Source of the DNA: Anthoceros angustus
Lineage: Eukaryota > Plantae > Anthocerotophyta
Assembly: GCA_010909165.1 (NCBI GenBank)
Contig: VJWM01000117.1
Span: 496,001 to 560,000 of the forward strand
Direction of reading: 5' to 3'
DNA length: 64,000 nucleotides
Part shown: piece after piece, positions 41,701 through 52,312 of the stretch
How the letters are laid out: every line of letters begins with the position of its first letter
Numbering within the stretch: position 1 is the stretch's first letter
Position numbers and translations under genes: made by a program
The notes under the pieces: model-generated
Databases searched by the model: none
Told to the model about the DNA's origin: nothing
The model's input: only the letters and a program-made list of their open reading frames with translations

Positions 41701-44700
41701 GAGAGAGAGAGAAAGAGAGAGAGAAAGGGAAAAAGAGAAAGAGAGGGAGAAAGAGCGGGAGAAGGAGAAGGAAAGAGAAAAAGTACGTGAAAAAGAAAAG
41801 GAGGATCGAGAATGGGAGCGGGAAAGAGATAAGGATCGGGACAGGGACAGACCTGCATTTCATCCATTGAAGGAGGTGCAGAATCATAAAGGCTCTGTGG
41901 CATCTGGCAAGGAGAAGTATCTCAACAAACCTATATCTGAGCTTGATCTTTCCAACTGTGACCGCTGCACACCAAGTTATCGCTTGCTGCCAAAGAGTGT
42001 AAGGATCTTCCTGTTACCTGTTTCTGGTATGATATTGCTGTTCATGTTAGTTCTTACCACTGAATTCTTGTAACCAGTATCCGAAGCCCCGAACAAGTCA
42101 TCGGACAAAATTGGGAGATTCAGTTCTGAATGACAGCTGGGTATCTGTTACGTCTGGGAGTGAAGATTACTCCTTCAAGCACATGCGTAAAAATCAGTAC
42201 GAAGAGAGCCTTTTCCGTTGCGAGGATGATCGGTACGTTTTGGGATTTTTAGTTCATGCTTGTCCATCAGGTGCGGGCTATGCCGGATAGCTGCCTTATG
42301 GTAGTTGTGTTGGTCAGGTTTGAGCTTGACATGCTACTGGAATCTACAATAGTTACTGCAAACCGGATAGAAGAGTTAATTCAGAGGGCTCAGGATGGAG
42401 GGGTTCACGAGGAAGCATCTTTCCAGCTTGAAGACTTGTCAGGTATTGTGCATGAATGTATACCAACCTGTTGTGGACACGATGCATTGAGGAGATTGTT
42501 CCTCAACTAGTATGGAGAATTCTCACTGGCATGGCCTACATTGGTTTGCAGCCATCAATTTGCGATGTATTGAGCGGTTATATGGAGATCATGGCCTTGA
42601 CATCATTGACTCTCTCAAGAAAACTTCTACAACGTCATTGCCTGTGGTGCTGGGTCGACTCAAGGAGAAGCGAGACGAATGGGTGAAATCTCGCATTGAG
42701 ATGAACAAAGTTTGGGCAGAAGTGTATGCCAAAAATTACCACAAGTCTTTGGACCATCGCAGCTTCTACTTCAAACAGCAAGACAAGAAGAATCTGAGCA
42801 CAAAAGGTAATCTGGTTTCTGGCTTCTCTTATTCCCAGTACCAGAAATTGACTTGCTGTTTCAGGGATTTGCTGTTGACACCTTGAGACTGACGTCTTGC
42901 AAACTCCCAGGCATGTTGGCCGAGATCAAGGAGACCAGTGAGAAAAAGAGGAGGGAAGATGACACAGTATTTGCCATAGCAGCTGGGAATGCACTACGGA
43001 TTGCTCCAGATTTGCAGTTTACATTCTCAGATCCAGCGGTGCATAATGACGTGTACCAAATAGTGAAGTTCTCCTGTGACGAGCTTTTCTCACCAGAGAA
43101 TAGTAGCAAAACGATGTTGATCATGACAGACTTTATTGAGAAATTTTATGGAGTACCACCTCGACCACGAGGTGTAGAAGATGCTGAGGAGGCTGTCAAG
43201 GTTAAGGGGAGTGATTCAAAGAGCAGTAGAAGTCGTGGTGAAAGTGCATCTAGTGGAGATAGTGACAATGCAGAAATCGCGACAGGAGCCCCAATGGAAT
43301 TAGGGAATGACCATAAAGAGAGAACTTCTACTGTTGAGGACTGTACCACAGCTTCAAGTCGTCCCAAGGCATTATTTGGTGACTCCTCAACTGCAGCTAA
43401 TCCAGATAGTGAGCGTTTTGGTTATGTTACTGGTGAGAATGCCTATGATGCTGCTCAACGATCTAGGAAAGGAATCGAAGCTGTTCAGGAGGGAGCTATG
43501 TGTGCTGAGGGGTCTGTTGTGCATGCTGGAATAGCATGTGATGCATCAAAGCAGCCTCCTGTGCTTGGTAGGCTAGCAGATGTTACAGCAAGGGAATCAA
43601 CTGCAGGAAATCTCCCAGCCAACATCCCTGGTGGAGATCCCACATCTGGGGCGAACAAGGTAGCTGATCTTTACTTTTACTTTTTGGTAGGGCAATATGG
43701 TCTCAAGCATTTTATGCCTTTTTGAGCTCTGGAATACAAGTTCTGGGATGCTCATGTAACTAGCTCAAAAATGTCTCGGATGCAGGAAAGTAAGGTGGTG
43801 AAGGCTGTCAAACCTGAGTCTTCAGGTGCAAAATGTACCAAACCTGAAGCGTCTCTGGGTGGACCTACTGGAAGAGTCGATCGAGAGGAAGGAGAGTTGT
43901 CACCTTCTCCAGAAGGAGATGATTATCGAAGTGATGTTTATGTGTGTGCAAGTAATCTTGCTGCCAAGGACAATGGCGTAAAAGATTCTAGTCAGCGGCA
44001 AGATGAAGAAGAGGATGTTGATGGGGAAGGAGAAGGAGAGGGTGAGGGAGAGCATGATGCTGATGCAGATGATGAAGGCGAGGAAAGTGGCCAGAAGACC
44101 AGTGAAGACAGTGAAAATCTCTCAGAAGCGGGTGAAGAGGTTACAGGCAGTGAATCAGGGGATGGAGATGATCCATCTCATGATGAGGAGGAGGAGGAGG
44201 ATGACGATGATCTTGAAGGGAAAGCTGAGAGTGAGGGTGAAGCTGAGGGGATGGCAGATGCAGATGATGGTGATGTTGATGGGAATCTGCGTTTAGCATC
44301 GCCTGATAGGTCATGTGGAATGTGCAAGCCTCTTGCAGCTCGAGCTGCCACAACTGACATGCCTGGGCTGGGTCCGACTGAAACATTTTATGGGAATGAT
44401 GGCTTTTGCATCCTCCTCAGATTGCACCAGGTGAGGTAGATTGCCGCTCTTGCACAAGGAACGACATTTCACTGTCATTTACTATTGATTGCAAGTGGCC
44501 ACCTACTAACAGAGGTGGCTTTTGTCTACCAGATTTTGTATGAGCGCATCCTGTCTGCCAAGACAAATGCACAGGCAGCTGAGCTGAAATGGAAAGTTAT
44601 GAAGGACACTGCCCCTCCAAATTTGTACGCGAGGTGGGTTTACTATTATGTTGGATACAGAACCTATAGTGCATACACTTGACTCATCGTCATGGCAGTC

Positions 44701-45884
44701 AGGTATATGCAGCTATGAGAGAGTACAGGTCAAAATGTGCCTCGTGATAAAATTTGCCTGTGTCATGGCCAGGTTTATGCGGGTGCTGTACAGCTTGCTG
44801 GATGGGTCTGCAGACAGTGCAAAATACGAGGATGAGTGCCGAACAATTATTGGAACTCAGTCATATGTGCTGTTTACCTTGGATAAGCTAATCTACAAAT
44901 TTGCCAAACAGGTTATTCATTTTGATGGAAAAAGCTGACTCACAATGTTGATTGATTCAATGTGCATTGCTTTCATGTACATCTGTCGGGAGTGGTAACT
45001 GCTTCTTTGGCTTGTACAGCTAACTTGTGAAATGTTTGTGTCCACAGCTTCAATCAATATCCACAGATGATATGGCCACCAAACTACTCGCCCTTTATTC
45101 ATATGAGAGGACCCGAGCACCTGGGTTTTCAAGTGATACCATCTATTATGCTAATGCATGTGTCCTGCTGCATGATGAAAATATATACAGATTTGAACGG
45201 GTTAGCCCTGATTTGTGTTACCCTTTCTAATTTGCAGCTGCCAGTGGCCCGTGCAGAATACACTGGTTTGATTGGATTGAGGTTTGTTGCAGAAATCGAA
45301 TCCTACTCAATTGCATATACAGTTCATGGAGGGTGGAGCAGACAAGGTGGAAGTTCCTCCTTGTGCCATGGAGCGTGGGTTTGCAGAGTACCTGAATGAG
45401 TTTCTTCTCACAGGAGCAGACACGAATAGATCTCCTGTATTTTTAGCAAGGTTGAAACCTTGGGACAAGGGTTTTTTTGACTGATTATGGAAAACTTCAC
45501 AGCCATGTTTGCAGCATGCTTATCTTTCAAGGGTGTTTTTGTACGCAGGAATAAACGGAAGTTTTCTGAGGTTGACGAGGGTACTGCCATTTTGAAAGCC
45601 ATGGAGGGTGTGCAGGTAGTGAATGGTCTAGAGTACAAAATTCAAGCGAATAGTTTGAAGGTATTTGCCAAGTTTGTGACTCCGGTTTTCGATGGATTCA
45701 GATGACTTTGATTCGAGACAGCTTGAGATGTTTATGCCTTGAGTCAAAATTGTGGCCTGCACAGGTTTCGTATGTTTTGGATACTGAAGACCTGTTCCAC
45801 CGCCCCACAAAGAGGCTACGCATAACAAGTGGTCCTAATAATAATAAGTCGCACAAGTTCAACGAGTGGCTGGATAAGGTGTAG
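38775..45884 (+). CDS. SIN3: SIN3-like paired amphipathic helix co-repressor (multi-exon)
   Basis: PAH1 [10 protein letters not shown]...[15 protein letters not shown]...[13 protein letters not shown]; PAH2 [14 protein letters not shown]; PAH3 [14 protein letters not shown]; HDAC-interaction domain [10 protein letters not shown]...[16 protein letters not shown]; [14 protein letters not shown]; C-terminal [12 protein letters not shown] and VSYVLDTED; stop at 45882-45884. Confidence 0.95.
41303..41852 (+). repeat. Coding low-complexity (RD/RE/KE)n tract in SIN3
   Basis: Purine-rich run encoding about 180 aa of DRDRE / EREKE, in frame between PAH3 and the HDAC-interaction domain. Confidence 0.9.
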
Positions 45885-46904
45885 ATGAAGGTTCACTGGG
45901 CCCGTGATTTCAGTTACAGTTCACTGTGCCCCTGATTTCAGTCACAGGTCTGCTTTCTCATTTTCTGATGTAGAAGGCTTACGCAAATTCATCGTATTTC
46001 CGTTGTGATCTCTGTGCCAGTTTCCAAAGCCGGATCAAGTAATCGACACCTGAATGAAGGCCCTCAGGAGAAGACTAGGATAAGGAACAAGCCCCTGGGC
46101 ACTTGAGGCGCGTTAAGCCTCGTGCTTGGGAGGGTGAGACCCTCCAGGGCCTTGCAGGTTTTAGTGATGTAGTGCGCTCACGCGGCGTGCTGATATGAGT
46201 GAAAGCCCGCCTACCATGAAAGAATTCCTACGAGCTCGACATAATTCTTGTGAGCCCATGTTGTTTTCCTCTTTCTGTTCATTTGTGGCCACCATGTGTG
46301 GCCACTTGATCCACCTGCAGTCATAGCTCCACCTGCGGAGAGCGTAGAATGGGCGAAACTTTGGCGAAAGCAATCAGGGGCACAATGCATCTGTCGTGGG
46401 CGCAACCAGCGATCATGTAGGGCAATGCTTCTTTTGTACCCTTTATTACTCGCCCCTTCCTTAGGGTGCGCCAATGCTTCTTTTGTCGAGGCTCCCTGGA
46501 GTGCGCTCAAAAGCGTGCGAGTCATTCTTTCTTAATGATAATGGTAATGGCTTTTGTTATGGGCGCCATGGATTTTTATGAGCCATTTGTGTACTAGCTA
46601 AGCTGAACAACCTTTTCCAAAACGTGCGATTCGCTTGTTTTTCTCCTTCAAAACGGGTGGCTTCCTTGATGGCTGACCAAAACAATCCATGCCTAGGCAC
46701 TACTATTATGTGTCACGATTTGTAAGGGACTGCAAACTAGAAAATGTGTGTTCACATAAATATATGGTATGTCAGAATCTTGAGTCATATGGCATTTGTT
46801 GTGTTAGAGGTCTTTTAGGCCGTATGAATTAATTATGTAACAAAATTACTTGTTAAGCTAGCTAATAGATTTATTGTCGGCTCTCGTAGAAGAAGAAACA
46901 AAAT

Positions 46905-49250
46905 AGCATGGCTGAGAGGGCCTCTGTCCAAAAAGACTTGGGCAGCTGAGATTGAGCCAACATGGCGCGGGCCATATACATGAGGTCGCCATTGGTCTTC
47001 TCAGCCATGCTATTCTGTTCAGACGTGTAAGGCACCGTGAATTGTCGTAAGACCCCGCGCTACTCGCAGAAGTCCTGAAACTGTTCATGATTGAGTTCTC
47101 CCGCATTGTCTGAACGGATACACCGAAGCTGACGGCCTTTATGTAACTCGGCCATAGCAACAAAGGGTAAAAACACATGGAACGAGCCAATCTTAAGATG
47201 GAGCAGAAATGCAAAAGTATATCGATTGTAGTCATCTATGACGGTCATATATAAAATGGTTAGCTCCGCCTAAGGACTTGAGAAGAAGAGGACCATATAG
47301 GTCCACATGGACCAAATCCAAGGGACCGGTTGCCCTGGCAGCAGGAAGAGATGGGTATGGAGAACTTCTCTGTTTTGCAAGCACACAAGCTTCGCAAAGA
47401 GGCTTAGTCTTGGAAAACTGAGGAAGACTGTCCCGATACAAGTCCTGCTGGGAAGTGGCATGCAGGCGGGCATGATTCAAATACCCAAGCCGGCAGTGCC
47501 ACATGCGTATATTAGGAACAAAGTTCTCATCAAGTCCGTTGTTGGCCATACTCCGTACGAGTGTTGGCATGGGAGCAAGCCACTAATATCACATCTTCGT
47601 GTTTTTGGTTGCCTTGCCTATGCTCTCGTCCCTCCTTAGCTCCAGGACAAGCTTGATGCTCGTGCTCGAAAGCTAGTGTTTGTTGGCTATGGTGATGACC
47701 GCAAGGCCTACAAGTTGGTGGACTTGGCTTCTCGGACTCCTAATTATGCCCGCACCGTCACCTTTGATGAAGCCAAGATAGTGCCTGCTCTTGGAACGTC
47801 CTTTGAGTCTTCTCTTGACGTGCATGATGGTGCTTTCTCGAGCTCGAGCACTCCACGCTCGTCTGGTGACATTTCCCTTGACCACCTTATTCAGCCTTTT
47901 ATGTTTCATGCTCCTCCTGTGGCTCCTATCCCTCTTGCAGGTCTAGTGCCGCCCGTTGTTGGCCCTTTTCCTCCGAAGCGGCCACCACTTGTGCCACCTG
48001 TTCTTGCTCGAGCGGGGGACATGGAGATTAGACCACGACGCAATACCAAAGCACTAGCCAGTGGAACTATGTGACTTCGATTTTCCGGTACACATGATTT
48101 ACCTCGAGCACCTCAGGCTCCCCCATCCCCTCCTAAGCCTATGCCTGCTCCCAAGCATAGATATCCTACACATAGGCGCCAGCCTAGACATCTTTGGAAG
48201 GAAGTCCTATTTGACATTCAATTCAATCAAGCTAGCTTAACCTATGATGGTACCTCAGATGCTGTCTTTGCCTTAAGGGTTGTTGCTACAGAGGGAGATC
48301 CTTAGACCTTACAAGAGGCATACTCCGGACCTGAGGCAGGCAAGTGGAAGCTAATTATTGATGACGAATACAACTCATCAATTAAAAACAACACTTCGAC
48401 TTTGGTTAATCTGCCCAAGGGTAGAACCACTGTTAAGTGCAAATGGGTTCTTAAAAATAAGTTCCAGGAGGTAGAGCTTAGGATCCGTTACAAAGCTAGA
48501 CTAGTGGCTAAGGGTTATAGCCAGAAAGAGGGAGTTAACTATTAAGGCAATAATAGTTAACTCCCTACTCTCTTGTTGTCAAAGTTGCTTCTGTCAGGAT
48601 GCTTCTAGCGTTATGTGCAGAACTTAACTAGGTCCTAAAGATCTACCAGCTTAATGTCTGTGCAACCTTTTCTTATGGTCATCTCAAGGAGGAGATCTAC
48701 ATAGGTCAACCCGAAGACTATGAAGACAAAAAGTTTCCACACAAAGTATGTAGGTTAAACCGCTTCATCTATGGACTTGAGCAAATTCCATGCTTGTGGT
48801 ATGAAAGCATAGATATCTATCACTATGGCTATTGTAGCATATCTCAAAGACACCTAGTCACTGGGCCCGTGAGTGTCGCTTGGTTGTAGAAGAACTGGCC
48901 TCACTACATGATCCTTGATGTGTAGGAGAAGTTCTTTGTTTGCCCCGTTGAGGGTGCCTTCTACGGAAAGCAGTTAGCACTCTGTCAGCTTTGGACTTGG
49001 ACCTGGACCCTGACATGAGTCTACTATGCTCTTCTTGGAACAAGGCACCTATGATTTCATCAAGGGAGATTGTGGCAGACGTGCCGGCTACAGCAGCCAT
49101 TATGCAATTCTATCCACCTCATCCATCTTAGTGCCAAGGGAGGTAAGTTGAGCTCGGAGATGTCTAAACTTGTTCGTATGAGCAAGAACTTTGTCTCCTT
49201 CTCACATTTTCAAACTGTAGAATTCTTGTCTCACAGCACAAAGAGTTAAC
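46905..49250. mobile_element. Degenerate, internally rearranged Ty1/Copia LTR retrotransposon
   Basis: Minus 46905-47505: GAG-pre-integrase WHCRLGY...CEAC and integrase core LVHVDLYGP, IDDYNRY, IRSDNAGE, QFTVPYTSEQN. Plus 47505-48830: TPYECW..LRVFGC, VFVGY, then RT (KCKWVLK, YKARLVAKGYSQ, LKEEIY). Minus 48858-49250: gag/UBN2-like (RQEFYSLKM; SLDEIIGAL). Stops and frameshifts; no LTR pair recognised. Confidence 0.9.
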
Positions 49251-49546
49251 ACATTGCGAACGTGAAGACAAGTGTATAGGATCCAAGCGAAGGGGGTGGG
49301 GAAGGGATAGAAATGCTGGTAAGCGTAGTGTAGTATGCTATAGCTGATGCTTGCACACTCTGTGCTTATGATGAAACACACAAGACTAACAGATGTGTGC
49401 TGAATCCTGTGCTAGTAGGGGCATCAAGTATTGCAGATCAGCCATCTAGCAGCAAGAGACACTCTTAATAAGGCAGCACGCAGGGGAAAGCATCAAAGAC
49501 GATCTCATAGATGTTTAATTATATTAATTGGGTTTCACTGAAAACG

Positions 49547-49636
49547 AAATGCTAACCCTAACTTGGCGAGGAGGAGGAAGGGGTGGGGAAGGGATAGAAA
49601 TGCTAACCCTAACTTGGCGAGGAGGAGGAAGGGGTT
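49547..49636. repeat. Short tandem duplication (~51 bp)
   Basis: gaaatgctaaccctaacttggcgaggaggaggaagggg occurs twice; a partial copy (ggggtggggaagggatagaaatgct) lies at about 49293. Confidence 0.75.
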
Positions 49637-50823
49637 TCACCAGTGTAGACACGTGTGTCACCTCTTCACAAAGATCCCGCCTCTCCTTGGAGAATGCGAC
49701 ACTTCACATCTTCATGTGTCATGGGCGTCGGCTCGCGGGTCCGAGCATGGTATAGCAACATCCATCAGGCGTAGAGAATACGGTCTTCTCCAGAATTGAA
49801 ATCAACTTGATATGTTGAGTAAAAAGGTTGTTGATCTAAGATTCAAGGTTGGTAAGATCTGGCACTCTCACCAATGCGTAGTCTTGTGAGCAAATTGTTT
49901 GCTGATCCTGAAGATTGCTAGCACGTTTGTGGCAAGCAATACAATTTTTTGATGTGGAAATTGCTGTTGAGGAGTCCTGTTGTCTGATGCTTGTAGGATG
50001 TGGTGTAGGTGCAAGCCTGAAGAATCTGTCCACTCGTTGAAGACCCTGAGGTGCAGGAGCTGGTGCAGTAAGCTTCCAGGAATACCTACGCCTCGACATT
50101 GTCCTTGACTTAAGCAAACTACTCTGCGGTGTCCAGGGCAGCGGAAGTTGAAGATTAGCCTCAGATTTGAGTAGATGGCTTAGAGTATTCATGTAGTCAG
50201 ATTTTGATTAGCTAAATCTTTATTCATATATAGGCTAACGTGGTAATGTAGGGGGTGAGGCCTGCTTGGGCACACAACTGAGTGTTCATGATAAAATGAA
50301 AACTGGGTGATGTGCCCAATTGTATGTCTGACCATCAACATCTACAATGTCTAGCTATGCTGCATGCATCCGTTAGATTAGCAGTATTGTAGATAATCAT
50401 ATGCCTGGTGTGGCTTTGATACCATGTTCGCAGAGAACTAGGAGACCATAGAGCAGACTCTTTGAGGAGGGAACTCATAACAATTAGAAAAATGTAATGT
50501 ACAAAACCGTGTATTGAATGTTGCTTTAAATACCATGTATATGTGACCATTCATATAACCATAACTAACCCTAGTTTAGATGGAGTCAGCCAAGTGTTGA
50601 TTAAATAATATAACAAAAACAGTAAAGTCTCTAAACAACACTCAAGTCATTAGAGAATGTACTTGATCATGGCACAACGACGGTCAATTGTAGGCAATTG
50701 GACAACAAGTAGAGAAACAACGCATAAGCCAGTAGACCAAGGCATCAGTGAACAACAACAAGGACTCGTACCCGGTTCCAAGCTCCGTATAGGGGGTCTG
50801 CTATTTCATTATCAGGCCACCTT

Positions 50824-51023
50824 ATTATACTAAGGGGCACAAATTCATAGGCTACAATTTGCAAGGTGCCGAAGATTATACTAAGGGGCACAAATTCATA
50901 GGCTACAATTTGCAAGGTGCCGAAGATTATACTAAGGGGCACAAATTCATAGGCTACAATTTGCAAGGTGCCGAAGATTATACTAAGGGGCACAAATTCA
51001 TAGGCTACAATTTGCAAGGTGCC
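50824..51023. repeat. 51-bp minisatellite x~3.9
   Basis: attatactaaggggcacaaattcataggctacaatttgcaaggtgccgaag at 50824, 50875, 50926 and 50977; identical units with no spacers. Confidence 0.92.
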
Positions 51024-51330
51024 AAAGGGCACCTTCGTTTTAGTCCTTCTGCTTCCTATTTTTTGCCTTAGATCCTGGTGGACACACTCCTTAATGCAAC
51101 CTCATTTACTGCACTAAAAGTCTGTACTTTGATCAAACTCTTCTTCTACTAAACATATAAGAATGAGTCCATAAACATCTAAACAAACGTTCGGAGTATC
51201 CTATGTGAAGTGAACTACACTTCGCATCGTTATAGCTTTCCCATTAAATTAACTACATACCATCATGAACTATATGAAAAACTATACTTCACAAGAACAA
51301 ATAAATCATGCTCATTGATAGCTTTTTTCA

Positions 51331-51831
51331 TCACATTGAGGTTATGCCATATTGAAATCTAGACCATTTCCTAATGGATTTGGCATCGCATTCCATGGGC
51401 TCATAGAAGTTGCAAGTAGGATACTTGGCAGATGTAAATGACGTTTTAAATACCAAATTGTCACCACTAACCTCAATAGCCGTGATAGACCACCATGTAT
51501 AATAAGCTTTCACTTGAATACCTTGCAAGCCTTTGAGCTTCCCATTTTGCAACACTCCAGTAATAGTATCTGCATAGCTCACAGGGAGCAAATCTCGAAT
51601 GCTGTAGCTACACTTCCGTTGGAGGTGCACCACAAATTCACCCCCACTTTGCAAGCTCTAATCTTGCACAATGAGCGGCAAAAGCCCTCGTGGGAACCCA
51701 TTATGCTCCAACTCATCGTAAGCCGTAGTCCCACCTGATTCTACACCCAAGGAGTGGGTTTGCAAGGCCAGTAGGAGCACACATAATGTCATAATTGTTA
51801 CAACTTGTGCATTCACTTTTGCACACCCCAT
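51331..51831 (-). pseudogene. DUF538 family secreted protein with one premature stop
   Basis: Signal peptide, then TAYDELEHNGFPRGLLP, an in-frame TAG at 51658-51660, then GEFVVHL...SYADTITGVLQNGKLKGLQGIQVK..WWSITAI...F..P.C. Confidence 0.85.
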
Positions 51832-52312
51832 TCCTCTCTCAATTGCCAAGGTTCTCAATTGCCAAGGTCAAATCTTTTCTAGACATCAATTTTGTTTCCA
51901 AACTCAGCTTTGTAGCAAAATGCCACTACATAACGATAGAATTCAGTCAAGAAAAAAGTAACAAGGTTGGACTATGTTGCTGCAAAATGTTAGCATAAAC
52001 ATGATATATAATTAAGTATAATAATAATAAGAAAACAAACCCGAAGAAAGAGATTACGTTGGCTCTCATATATATAGCACTTATGTCGGTTCTCATATAT
52101 AGAAGTTTTTTGGTGCAACTTACAATAACGAGGCTTTAATTACAATACCGAGGTCATGACGGTCATGACGTCATACGTCAGGTAGGCACCCTCAACCATC
52201 CTCCTTGAGGACTGGATATGGAGGGCAAGTATGTGCCTCGTCTCTAGTGTGGGGGACAACATCCTTGCGACATATTATATCTGATGTTACTGCTTTGAAT
52301 GCGTCCCCACTT

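Noticed and set aside
41171-41903. Antisense hydrophobic and SL/CP-repeat ORFs
   Set aside because: They are shadows of the SIN3 RD/RE tract.
46021-46260. Telomerase RNA, RNase MRP, 5S rRNA or hammerhead assignment
   Set aside because: Only partial motif resemblance: the template would read CTAAAACCT rather than CTAAACCCT, there is no paired MRP CR-I/CR-V, and no USE-TATA promoter.
50824-51023. Possible CRISPR array or 17-aa repeat protein
   Set aside because: Units are contiguous and identical with no spacers, the context is eukaryotic, and the ORFs follow simply from the 51-bp period.
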